A stretch of 64,000 nt of DNA from Azolla caroliniana (lineage: Eukaryota; Plantae; Polypodiophyta): positions 23,684,001-23,748,000 of the forward strand of contig JBHGNT010000005.1 of the NCBI GenBank assembly GCA_043228905.1. The letters run 5' to 3'. Positions within the stretch are counted from its first letter, which is position 1. Every line of letters begins with the position of its first letter. This document shows positions 1 to 12,010 of the stretch, piece by piece. The notes below the pieces were generated by a model. It was given only the letters and a program-made list of their open reading frames with translations, was not told the DNA's origin and searched no databases. The translations under genes were made by a program, and so were the position numbers.

Positions 1-878
1 CAGCCCGTACGGGAAACAAATACATATTGGTAGCCACGGATTACTGTACCAAATGGGTAGAAGCAAAGGCACTACGGGAAAATACAGCGGCCGTCACAAC
101 CAAATTTCTGTATGAGCACATCTGGTGCCGGTTCGGCTGCCCGATTGAGCTCATCAGTGACCAGGGGAGCCACTTCCTCAATGCGGTGGTTCGGGAACTA
201 ACACAGCATTACGTAGTCGTCCACAAGAAAAGCATGCCATACTACCCGCAGGCGAATGGATTAGCGGAATCCACGAACAAAACTTTACAGACCATTTTAA
301 AGAAAACCGTCAATGAAAACAGAACGGACTGGGATACCAAACTCCAGAGTGCGTTATGGGCGTACAGAACTAGTTACAAAACAAGCATACGGTCAACACC
401 GTTCTGGCTAGCGTTTGGACTAGAAGCGGTAATGCCGGTCGAATTTCGGGTACCTAGTTTGCGCATTCAGATACAGAACCGATTATCAGAAGCCAAGTCA
501 GAGGAGGAACGACTCTACCAACTCCTTGAACTAGGGGAGAAACGTGTCCACAGCATGGCTGTGTTGGAAGAAGAACAACGACAACGTAAAGCATTTGTCG
601 ATCGACATTGGAGCGCAAGGGAAAAGGAGTTCGCCGTGGGCCGAGCGGTGCTAGTTTTTCAAACGCGCATGGGCTAGATGCCGGGTAAGCTACGTTTCCG
701 CTGGACCGGCCCATACTGGATAATTGGAGCAGAACAGGGCACGTTCCAACTAGGAACACTGGCTGGAGAAATAGTACGGCAAAAAGTGAATGGGTTTCGG
801 CTCAAACCTTACATGGGCCCTACACCACCTAACCCATTCACCGCCAAACGGGACAAAGCTGGAGAACCCGCAACGTAA
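1..878 (+). pseudogene. pol: Gypsy integrase C-terminal half with one in-frame stop
   Basis: ORFs 27..677 and 678..878 are in the same frame, separated by a TAG at 675-677; rve motifs and KLRFRWTGPY. Confidence 0.9.
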
Positions 879-1220
879 AAGGGACAGGCCCAATTGTACT
901 ATAATGTAAAAATAGGGGGTAACTAACCGTTAGGAAAAAAAGAAAAAAGAAAGAAAAAAGAAAGAGAAGATAGCGACTATTAAAACGACTAAAGGCATGC
1001 ACAAACTCCTAGTTCAAGAACACGTGGCACCACGATGGCTCACCGCCCAATGAACCCTAAGCCACAAAAAGAAGGAAATAGAAGGTTTTCTGCACAAAGC
1101 AAAAACACAACGTCTAGCTATCAACGCTCCCATCGCTCCTCCTCACCTTCTTCCCCATCACATCTCAGAGCTCCAACTCACCACTGCTACCCGTCGCCTC
1201 TCCACGAACTTACTCTGGCG

Positions 1221-3979
1221 ATGCCGATCTTCATCTCTACTGCCCTACGCCGATGGGTCGTGGAGAAGCGCATGGATGGTTATATTCGGGTCGTAGAAGC
1301 ACCTCCGCACTCGGACGCCATGGACATCGCTAGGCGGCTTAACATCGACACGGTCACAAACTCTTCCATTCGGAAGAAGTTAGGCCTATCCTCACTAGGC
1401 GAAAGACATTTCGAAATACCTCCTACAGAGGCGTTGCAGCAGTATTTTGGCCCATACTCATCCTCCGCCAAAGCCTATAGAACAAAACAAATTCCGGATC
1501 CCTTCTTTCGTGAAGTTGCCAAGTTCCTACTGGAAGTAGGCTGCGTCCATGTCAACGCTTACAGGATGCCTAAACAGAAGGCGAGCATCATTATCGACAC
1601 CTTTGAGGGGCGGACAATCGACTGGGGGGTCATCACAGGACCGGCGTTAAGGGAAGGCTTGCATGCGTACCAAGCAGGCAAAAAGCTCAAGCCAATCATC
1701 CAACAATACCTTATGGTACTGTTTCCACCCCGAGGCCTCCAGCACCACAGCCCAGCCAACCCACGGCCCCTCCCCGCTCCACGAAACGCAGGTTAGCGGA
1801 GTTAGCGGCCCTAGAGTGGGAGGAGGAACCCCAACCGGCCCAACCAGACCCAAGGACAACACCTCCTACCGACCAACCGGATACACGGGCGACGCAGGAG
1901 GAACAACCGAGACACCCCATGGGGGCAGCCCCAGAACCAGACACCGAAGCACGGGGGGAAAGCCCTAGACCCAAACGGCGTAGATTGGACAGAAAGGATG
2001 GGTGGGGGTTGGTAAAAAACGCCCCCACAAATCCGGAGGCACCGACCGCAAGCGAAGGCCCTGCAACAGCAGAGTCGAATACCACCTTCGAAATCATCCG
2101 GGAGCCGCGATCGATTATTACGACTCAGTCCCAGCGAGGGAAAGCCGTATTGACAGCGGAAAGCTAGGTTTTGGCATATCCGGATATTCCGGATACGACC
2201 CACGAATTCAGCGCCCTCTTGCAGTTCGGTACCTCTTTCGAGCTCATGGAGTTCTTGGCAACACAACAGGTCAAAGCCGCCCAATGCATGGCCGAGGAGC
2301 ATGCGGAACGACAGATGATAGAGCGCGCCCTAACACAAACAACGGAGAGCGACGATGAGGACCGGCTAGCCAGGGTCGGCAGGCAGAGGAACGCTGGGGT
2401 ACGGCAAGTAGGGATGGAGATACCACCCTTAAACACGGCCCTAGTCGAAGTCCATCGGGAACTGGCAAAGGTCAGCACGAGCACCAAGGAGATGGCCATA
2501 AAAAATAAGAATGTCTGGAAGAAGGTTAAACTGACCGAAGCCGAACTACAAAAGGCCAACGCATGCATCACGGAGTTAGAAGCTCATACGACTACGGCGC
2601 AACACGAAACCCTGCCACCAAACCACGTTATCGACGCTCTCAAAGAAGAAATCGAGGCTCAGACCGCCATCGCCTCAAAAGCAAAAAGGGTCTTGCAGCT
2701 AGCGGAATCCGAAATTGACCGTCTTCGAGCAGAGCTACACCAATCCTCCAACAGAGAAAAGGAGATACGGGCTAACGGACGAAAGGCCGTAAAAACGCTT
2801 AAAGAGAAACTAGCTACGGAGGTGGCTCAGCACATCCGGACAAAAGACGACAACGCCCAATTACGAGAGGACGCGAAGAAATCAGAGGCGGCAATAGCGG
2901 GACTTCGGGCCTTATTAGAGAAAAAGAAGGTATGGTTCGATGAACAATTGGTAGTCGAACAAGACAGAAGGCATCAACTCGAAATCTGCCTAAACAATGA
3001 AATGGGGAAATTAGAAAAACAACATGAAAAGGAATCCCAACTGTGGGCGGGCCTGAAGGCCATGTATGAAGAAGCGGCAGCCGTTAAACAACAGGAAATC
3101 GCGAATGTCCAGAAGTTGATGGAAGACGCACGCAACCGCTGCCAGGCCATCACGGATAACGTGCGCATCCTTCTCCAAACCAACCGGGAAAGGTTCACAG
3201 CACAATTGAAAACGGCGCTGGACAAAGGATGGATGGTGTGGGCAACCCAAGTAGCGGAATTGCACGTGTATCGTGCGGACTGGGAGAACCGGCGGAAAGA
3301 CGGCCGAGGGTTTTATAAGCTAAACGAGGAGAGCATTGCGACCATACGGGAGGACCTAGCGCAAGACTATCGCGTGTTAGCAGACCAACACTCCGAAGAA
3401 CTCGCACAACTCCTAGATGATTTTGGTGAAAGTCAGGAGGAGCTATTTCACCAGATCACGCAAACCGGCAACACGCCCACAAACGAGGAACCCAGCGAGA
3501 CACCAATTCCGGTCATAGCCGAAGAAGAGGAACCTCAGGTCCGATCACCAACGAGGACAACAGGGGAGAATAGCGGGGACGAACGAGCGGAGTTCCCCAC
3601 AAGACCAAACAACAAAACCATTAACCAACAAAAGGTCCAGCCCACACCATCTTCAGAAAACGCGGAAAATAGTGCGGACTAGGCAGAATCCCCGCCCCAC
3701 GGCCAGGGACACACAAAAATGGCCAACACCACGGAGGACATAACAATAGAGGCGGAGCAACAGCCGACTGCAAGCACGCTACCGGCGGAGCCCAACCCAC
3801 GAACTCAAGAAGAGCCCATCGTACCCGGACCACCCGCACACGGCGAAGGCGACTCCGGGAGAAACCAGGCCGACCAAGCAGAGGAGCCACACCACGATGC
3901 ACCTACGGGCCCTACATCAACTCCGGCCGAGGACACCACAACAGAGCCGAACATCCGGGGCATTTTGGAAGAAGATTAA
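1221..3979 (+). pseudogene. Extra ORF of the gypsy element (about 920 aa reconstructed): globular N-terminus, Pro/Glu-rich linker, long coiled coil
   Basis: ORFs 1035..1796, 1919..2167, 2171..3682 and 3719..3979 join through one frameshift near 1785 and in-frame TAGs at 2165 and 3680; lies between integrase and LTR. Confidence 0.65.
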
Positions 3980-4026
3980 CGGGATGGGTCCGACGTGCAA
4001 AGGCAATGTCCCACAGGCGTGCCAGG

Positions 4027-4468
4027 TGTTGTCCGCTGGAATAGTAACCGACGGCCAAAAGCGTAGGAATAAGAAACTATATAAAGCGTAACGTATGTAA
4101 CGGTTCACACGGGGAAGCGTGAATGGCTAATTAGACCCTGCATATATAAAGGGCAGAAAACCTCTTAAGGAGGTGCGTGTCAATTTTGGGAAATGTAAAA
4201 GAACGCCTGATAATAGAATACTATCTTCTCTGAGTTTCTGTGTATAGCTACGGCTAATTCAGTGTCTGTGTCTCGGATACGTAATCGTAGTAGTACGTAA
4301 GCGCAATCCGTGATAAGTAGTCGGTTGTAGCCGTCTCCCCTTACACATGGAGGAATCACAGAGGTTCTCTCCTTACGTAGTACGATTAAGCTCTGTTTGT
4401 TGTTCCACACCCACCTTGGGGTCTAGGTCGAAGGACTGACCACGGACCGTGTTTCCTAAGAGGCAACA
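4027..4468 (+). repeat. 3' LTR of the left-edge gypsy element
   Basis: TGTTG...CAACA inverted termini and TATA-like tatataaag near 4143; the 5' boundary is uncertain because the PPT is weak. Confidence 0.6.
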
Positions 4469-4578
4469 AAAGAAGCTATGGCAATTAATGATTACACTAA
4501 CTAGTAGCTCGTGTGGAGTTGAAGATGAAATCCATTTGGGAAAATAACACATGAGACGTAGTTCTAGTGCAAAAGAGT

Positions 4579-4853
4579 TGTTGGACTAAAAGCCCTAACT
4601 CCCTTAAGTATAAATAAGAGGGAACTAAGTCTTGTAATAGGTTCACTGGGATTTGAAATATATTGTCTCTCTCTTGAGCTCTAAATGTGTAATAGTCATT
4701 CTCTGTGTATTCATTCTATTGTGATTAAACAATGCACTTATTCTATTCTACTTGTTATATGTTTGCTCATTACTTTAACAAGATCCATATTCATATTCCG
4801 CAGTAGTCGACCAATCACACAATCAGTTGTCCCAAGGCATCAAATAGCCATCA
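4579..4853 (+). repeat. 5' LTR of copia 4579-10245
   Basis: Homologous to 9920-10245; followed by a PBS-like sequence. Confidence 0.9.
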
Positions 4854-5497
4854 ATTGGAATCAACGCTTAATTGGAACTAAACAACATCAACATAAGAAG
4901 AAAGAAAAGTATTTGAAGGAAAAGACTAGGCAAAATACATTCTTCCACAAAAACTATGGCTTCAATATTCGACACCAGTTGTGAAATCTGGAAGTTCTAT
5001 GACAAAGATTTTGCCCTATGAAAAGAAATAATGCAGGACATGCTGATCATCCGACTTCAAATAGAGGCGATTCGACACAACAATAGGCCATCATCAATGA
5101 CAACAAAGGAATGACGATCACTCAACAAAAGAGCAAGGTCGACCATCCGGATGCACTTGGCCGAAAACGTCTACTCCAGTATGGCTAAGGAGTCGACTGC
5201 GTACACCCTATGGGAGAAGCTCTATTCCGTATATGAAAAGAAGCCGAGCTCGCCAAAACTCATCCTAATTCGACAATTATTCAATATGAAGATGAGGGAG
5301 ACTGAGCTAGCATATCAACAACTTTAGTTGGGCGTTGACTGAACTCTCCTCACAAGACTTGAATTTTGAAGAAGAAATCAAACCCCTTGCACTTCTCTCA
5401 AGCCTCCCGATGAGTTGGAAAGTATTTTGCACGACAATCACCATTAGCTCTTTCAAGCTAACATTGGATGAAGCGATTGGAGCAATGATGTCAGAAG

Positions 5498-5842
5498 TGT
5501 TCGGTAACGTGTCCCTCCGGATGGGAAGAGAAGAGCCGAGCTGATGAGGAACTCGGCCGAGGCCGAAACCGAAATCGTGTAGACATCCAACTCGGAAGAC
5601 TATACTTGTAAATAGTCTAAATATGCCCTTATGGGCTACACTTGTAAATAACCCAAAAGGTGTACTAGTATATAAGTACTTAGGGCAATCATAATATTAT
5701 GATGAGTCATTGTTGTTGATAAGTTACTAAGAAGGTTGTTGCCTTTGTAACTGTGTAACAAAAGGGAGAGTGAGAATGTGAGCGCGTGTAACTCTGTAGC
5801 CGTCTTTTTTTGATGAAGTAGAATCTTGAGGTTGTTGCCTCA
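5498..5842. mobile_element. Possible solo LTR inserted in copia gag
   Basis: TG...CA block with a TATA-like core that interrupts gag; no clean TSD. Confidence 0.4.
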
Positions 5843-8355
5843 GAGCTTTTGAAGAAGAAATCAAATCCCTTGCACTTCTCTCAAGCCTCCCGATAAGTTG
5901 GGAAGTATTTTGCACAACAGTCACCATTAGCTTTGCCAAGCTAACATTGGATGAAGCGATTGGAGCAGTGATGTTAGAAGAGCTTTGAAGGAAATCGATG
6001 GGCCTCACCATCGATGATAATGCCAAAGCTCACTTCTTAGGGGGAATGACTTAGAGGACTAGCTGAAATTAGAGTCCGCCGAGGAGAGAAATGACCGACA
6101 ACGGTCAAAGTCGAGGAACAAGATGTCGAACGCCTACTTCAACCACTGAAGGAAGGTCTGCCACAAAGTTTTTGACAGTTTGTCGTTAAATAAGAAGGAA
6201 AATGGTCGTAAATTAGATAGTAATACATGCTCTTCTGATTCAAACCACCATTTGATCGGCAACCAAATACATGTTGCCAAAACCTGATCGAGAGAAGTAT
6301 TTTCCTTGGAAGGCTCGTTGACTGAAGAGATCCTGTTCAATGCACATGATGCACATACATGGCTGCTTAATTCAGGGACCACATTCCATGTGACCCCTCA
6401 TAGAGAATGGTTTTCAAACTATTGCATTGCTGCTGGCTCAATCTGACTCGGTAGTGGGTAGGAGTGTCGAATCGCCGGAATAGGTGAAATTTGCATTCAG
6501 CCGCCAAATGGAAATCTGATCACCCTGCACCAAGTCCAACAAGCACTCAATCCGAAAAGGACTCTAATCTCCATCGGCATGTTAGCCGAAGACAGGTACA
6601 AGACGACACTAAGTGACTCGCCATGGTAGATTGTAAAAGGAAGTCTACACATCGACCACGGCATGATATACAACAACTTGTATCCACTCACAGTGATAAA
6701 TGAGGAGGGATCTTCCCTATGGCATAATCGACTTGTCCATATGTCACAAACTAGGCTTGAATGACTTTCGGCAATTGGCTACATCCTGAAGCTCAACCAT
6801 GTTGAGTCAAACTTTTGTGAACATTGCCGATATGGGAAATAGACTTGAAATCCTCACTCGATGCATTATGAGATAGTACAACAACCCCTTGAGCTGATCT
6901 ACACTAACATCTGTGGGCCAATGCCCGAAATATCTCTAGGAGTGTGGAACTTCATCACAGTTTTCGATGATTGTACTCGCAAGGACTGGGCTTACTTGAT
7001 TAAGTCCAAGGATGAAGCACTCGAAGTTTTCACTTAGTGGTTGACCGAATTCGAAAACTGATTTGGCCACAAAGTGAAGACACTATGGTCGGACAACGGA
7101 GGAGTATATATCGAATGAAGTTAGCCCCCAATTCAAGAAAATGCATCTTTCTCGGATACAGGATGACTATGGGACCAAGAGAACATGAAATTAATCCTTA
7201 GCAATGACGCAGTCTTCAATGAAGACTCAATCAACTTGGTTTGAACAAAACCCCGAACTAGGAAGCGATAACCAAACATCAAACATAGGCTCAAACAATG
7301 TTGACAGTCGATCGATCACCTGCACCAGTCGAAGAATTTATACCGATCCAATCGGCATCGAGGAGATCCAGACGAGTCTTAAAGCCGACAGAGTTTTGCC
7401 AATCGGGCTTGGACTACGTCAACTACATGGGGCAAGAGAATTGTGATCTTATGAAGAAGCAATTACTGCGCTAGATGTTGAAACATGGCAAAAATCCATG
7501 TTATCTGAAATGGATTCAATTAGACAAAACAACATGTCATGGGAGTTGGTCGAATTACCAGTCGGTAGGAAGCCGATGCCTTGCAAATGGTTACATGGAT
7601 ACAAATATGTATCTGGTTATGATCGACCCAAGTACAAAGCTTGACTTATCGCAAAGGAGCTCAAATAGGAACACAACATCAACTATGATGAGATTTTCTC
7701 TCTTGTAGTCAAGATTTGGCTCCTTTTAGGAGTCGTTGCAACCAAAGATCTGGAGCTTGAACAAATGGATGTAAAGATGACTTTTCTACATGGAGATCTG
7801 GAAGAAGCCATCTATATGTCTCAACCGGCAAGCTTTACGGTGACGAGGGATGAAGATCACCTCGTATACTAATTGAAGAAAAGTCGTCTTGAAGCACGCA
7901 CCGAGAATGTGGTATCAGAAGTTCAACTCCCACATTTGACAGCTTGGGTACAACCGATCAGACTTTGACCCATGTATGTATGTTTGGGAACTATATGACG
8001 AGTCTAAGACATACATGATCCTTTACGTCGACAACATGCTCATCGCGGGAAGCTAAAGCGACAACCTCACGAGAAATTCTCGATGACGGAACTCGGAGAG
8101 GCCCGACACATCTTGGGCATGAGGATAGAGCAAGACAGGATGAAGAAGATCCTATGGCTCTCCCAATTCGACTACATCCAAAAGGTGCTAAAAAGGCTCA
8201 ATATGGATAAGTCAAAACCAGCACCGACACCACTCTCGATGTCAATCTGACTATTAGACATAGAGTCTCCCTCCACAGAGGTCGACACTGAGTAGATGAG
8301 AAAGATCCCCTATGCATTGGCCATAGGAAGTCTCATGTACGCAATGGTAGCCACC

Positions 8356-8847
8356 TGTCACGGACACACCAAGCGCGGACTTGGACGGAACACGGATGAC
8401 AAGGCTACGAGGAACTTAAGAAGCTTAAAACAACATAAGAGAATGAAGACATAGATAAACTTCGAGCATATGTGACGAGGCTAGGAACTCTAGATGTTGT
8501 GAGCAACATGAGGGCATGAAGACAGAAATAAAGATCAAGGAGACAAAGATGAGGCGGAACGAGAATACTAGATTGATGTGTCAATGACTGGTGTTGAATC
8601 CCTTGAAAGGAACCAAGGAGGTTACAAGTATTTATACTATGAGTTGAAGTACATGCATTAGAATATTCTAGAGAATATTTTGGAGAATATTCTAGAACCC
8701 TCTATAACCGTCTAGTTTTAGAACTTTTTAAAAACTCCTAGAACATGAATAGGGACGATGTACTTGGATGTGTTGGTTACAATATAACATATAATACAAG
8801 AGGTCAAGAGTTTGAATCTTGACATAGTTGTCGTCATGTCTGTGACA
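8356..8847. mobile_element. Solo LTR inserted in copia RT
   Basis: TGTCACGGACA...TGTCTGTGACA inverted termini and perfect TSD CCACC; splits YAMVAT|RPDL. Confidence 0.88.
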
Positions 8848-9919
8848 CCACCCGGCCCGACCTTGCATATACCATAGGAGCCACTAGCCTCTACATGTCA
8901 TATCCCGGAAAGAAGCACTAGGAAGCCATAAAACACATATTCCAATACCTTTGGGGAATAAAGAATATACAACTAACATTCGGCTCGGATCATCCTACAG
9001 AAGTCGAAGTCTTCACCGACTTCGATTATGTTGGCAATCCCGACAATCAGAAGTAAACTTCAAGCAATGTCTTCATCTACACACGCATGGCAATTTCATA
9101 TAGGTCCAAACTCCAAGAGTTTACGACACAATCCACAATAGAGGTCGAATACATTGATGTGTCAAAGGCATCAAAGGAAGCAACTTGGCCGCAATGATTG
9201 CGGAAGACTTTTCGATTAAGAGTCGAATCGTCCAAAATACTTTGACAATGTATTGCGGCTCATAGAGCACAATTCACCTCATGTAGAGCCCCGTCTACCA
9301 TTTGAAAATGAATCACATAGAGGTGAGGTATCATCATATTCGGGAGTTCTTCATCGACAAGAAGCTCAAAGTTTGGAAGATTGATACAGATGTGAACATC
9401 GTTGATTGCCTAACAAAGCTGCTCCCGAATCATCACTTTAGAGCACTAAGGAGACAAATGGGATTTCAACAAGTTGAGGAGAACAAGAAAGTTAGATAAA
9501 AGGAAGTAGAAGAAGAGTTGAAGGAAGAAAGGGCCGAATGGTTCGAAGGAGTTGAGAAGGCCGAAAAGGCCGGGCGACCCATAGAGCTAAAAAGCCGAAA
9601 GGCTGAAAAAGACATAGAACTCAAAAGAGCTGAAGGCCAATCATAGGATTAAAAGGGCCAAAAGGGGGAAAGAGGGCCGAAAACCAACTCAATCGACTGA
9701 ACCAAGGAGTTGAAAAGTCCACCAAGCCGAAGGGTCGAAAGCCAAAGGCCAAAGGACCGAAGTGCTGATCCGACTCGACTCGACCACTCTTGATTCAATA
9801 ATTAGTCTTTTAGCTTGTAAATTCTAATCGTAATTCAAATTCAAATTTTATTTAAGTTTACGGGGGACATCACCCCTATATTGTTGTAACAATTAGAGCA
9901 GTTCTTTTACGGGGGCGTT

Positions 9920-10245
9920 TGTTAGACTAAAAGTCCTACTCCACCCATTTGTATCTTCTTAGTGTGAACACTCCTTAAGGGAGTTAATGCTTAGTTGCCC
10001 TAGGTATAAAAACGAGGGGATTAAGTCTTGTACCAGTTTGGTGGGATTTAAAATATATTCCCTTTCTTGAGGTCTAAATGTGTAATAGTCTTTCTCTGCA
10101 TATTCATTTTGTTGTGATTAAACAATGCAATATTCTATTCTACTTTTTATATGTTTGCTCATTCCTTTAACAAGATCCATATTCATATTCTGCACTAGTC
10201 GACCAATCACACAATTTGTCGATCCAAGGAACCAAATAGCCATCA
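9920..10245 (+). repeat. 3' LTR of copia 4579-10245
   Basis: Follows the PPT; ends CATCA followed by TSD AGAGT. Confidence 0.9.
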
Positions 10246-10424
10246 AGAGTCAATGAGTATTTCTGTGCAAATAGGTCTTTTGACTCAAGCTAACATTGGA
10301 TTCGGCCAATCCAAAGAATGAGAGCACATTAGTTGCCAAGGGTTTTGACAGAATACAATGTTGATTTCAACAAGATGTTGTCGCTAGCACAATGAAGACG
10401 ACAACCCTTTCTCATGGAGTTGGT

Positions 10425-11691
10425 TGTCAATAGCGGAAACAAAAACAACACTATAGTATGAAGAACAAGAAGTTGATAGGCATTAACAAGATGAATAGAG
10501 TGAAATTGAGATACAACCTAATAAAATTAGCAAGAGAGAGAGAGAGAGAGAATTGAGATAGAGAGGCACACAATGGTGTAACTATATTAGTCAAACAGAG
10601 AGTTACAAAGAATGGCGGCAACAATAACAATCATGTACAAAATAGTTACAAGTTCAGTTATATACTACTGAACTAGGGCATATTACTAATATGCCCTATC
10701 CTAGTTTGTCCAAATGGGACAATGTGAATGCGGCCATTATATACCCATATTCGACACTCCCTTGTTATGGGTGTATACATCAAAGAAACAACAATAGACA
10801 AAAGAAACAAAGTACAATTTATACAAAGAGATAATTAAGCTAGTTGGCACTGATTGAAGTTGTTGAATTAGCATGGACCAAATAACTAGAGCCGAGTCGA
10901 CTCGTTCAAGAAACAAAAGCCGGATCAACTTTTCAAATGTTGAATGTTACATGCTAAATGCCGAAGTCATTTGTGTTCGAATTGATCGGGCAAAAATCTC
11001 AGTGCCCGAGCCGACTGGACCAGTTCTTCTTATGTCCATTTGGTGCCTTAATGACTAGAATTAGTTTGCTGAAAGACACTTGGTTCTATTCACAACTTTG
11101 TCGACGATGGAGATCTTCTCCAGGTCAAGCTTTCCTTTGGTTACGCAATCCTTAACAAAGTGATATCGAACTTCGATATGCTTCAAGGCATTGTGGTGTA
11201 CTCGATTCTTGGACGAAGCTACGAGTCCCTAATTGTCGCTGTAGACAATTGGAGCCAAATTCGAATTGGCTTGTCAAAACGTGCAAGAGGCCCAGTTGAT
11301 TGAGCCACAAAGCTTCGTTCGCCGCGTTAGACACAGCTACATATTCAGCCTCCGATGTCAAGGTGGTTGTGCACTCCTGAACTTTCGATTTCCATGATAT
11401 TGCTCGATTGCCGAATTAGAATAAGTATCCCGTAGTTGACTTTCGAATGTCCAAACAACTTGCAAAGTCTGAATTGGCGTAGTTGACTACGTGTGAGATC
11501 TTGTTCGGCCCAAACAGGATTCCAAGGTCTTGTGAGCCCACAAGGTATTTGAATTTATGCTTGACTGCGTTCCAATGTTGTAGGCCTAGATTTGTGCATT
11601 TAAATCTGTTGACGACTCCTACGACATGAGCTATATTTGGTCATGTCACGACCATCACGTACATCAAGGAGACGATTGCCGGTGCATATGG
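10425..11691 (-). mobile_element. Copia 3' remnant (end of RT, RNase H, PPT, 3' LTR 10425-10756)
   Basis: Minus-strand TSEAEYVAVSNAANEALWL (RNase H) and KHIEVRY-like segment; PPT aagggag next to TGTCGAATA...TATTGACA LTR. Confidence 0.7.
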
Positions 11692-12010
11692 TGTCACGAA
11701 ATTTGTGCTTGCGGGTCAGATTGGGTGGGACTAGGGCAAAGGTCTTGAGCTTAATGGGCTTCGGCCTGTCAGCTTTCGACTGCATTGTCAGCTTTCGATT
11801 CGACAGCTTTATCTGCGTCGGCTTATGACTCACCGAAGATGTTAGGGTTTCTGATCGCTAACCCTGTGATCAACATGACGGTCTAACTCGTGAAAAAGGA
11901 CTAAGCATGAGATTAAGACCAAATTTTTGAGAAAACAGAATTTACAAGAACTGATATAACAAATGGGTTTATATAACAATTCGGTTTGATACCACGAATC
12001 CAGTGGCTTT

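Larger units (their letters stand above)
1..4468 (+). mobile_element. Ty3/gypsy LTR retrotransposon, 3' part (integrase, extra ORF, 3' LTR); runs off the left edge
   Basis: Integrase core ([25 protein letters not shown]) and GPY motif, long extra ORF, then an LTR-like block ending CAACA at 4468, after which an older copia RT remnant begins. Confidence 0.85.
4579..10245 (+). mobile_element. Degenerate full-length Ty1/copia element
   Basis: LTRs 4579-4853 and 9920-10245 (TGTT..CATCA), TSD AGAGT on both sides, degenerate PBS tggaatcaacgc, PPT acgggggcg; decayed gag, PR, INT, RT (YVDN) and RH. Confidence 0.92.
4469..10420 (+). pseudogene. Ancient copia RT remnant (4469-4578 and 10251-10420) that hosts later insertions
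   Basis: Degenerate KEAM..MKSI.ENNTW before, and CKWVF..LVAKGF..VDF after, the 4579-10245 insertion. Confidence 0.55.

Noticed and set aside
2171-3682. Coiled-coil ORF as a host SMC or myosin-like gene, or as env
   Set aside because: It lies inside the retroelement between integrase and LTR; no ATPase motifs, signal peptide or TM helix visible.
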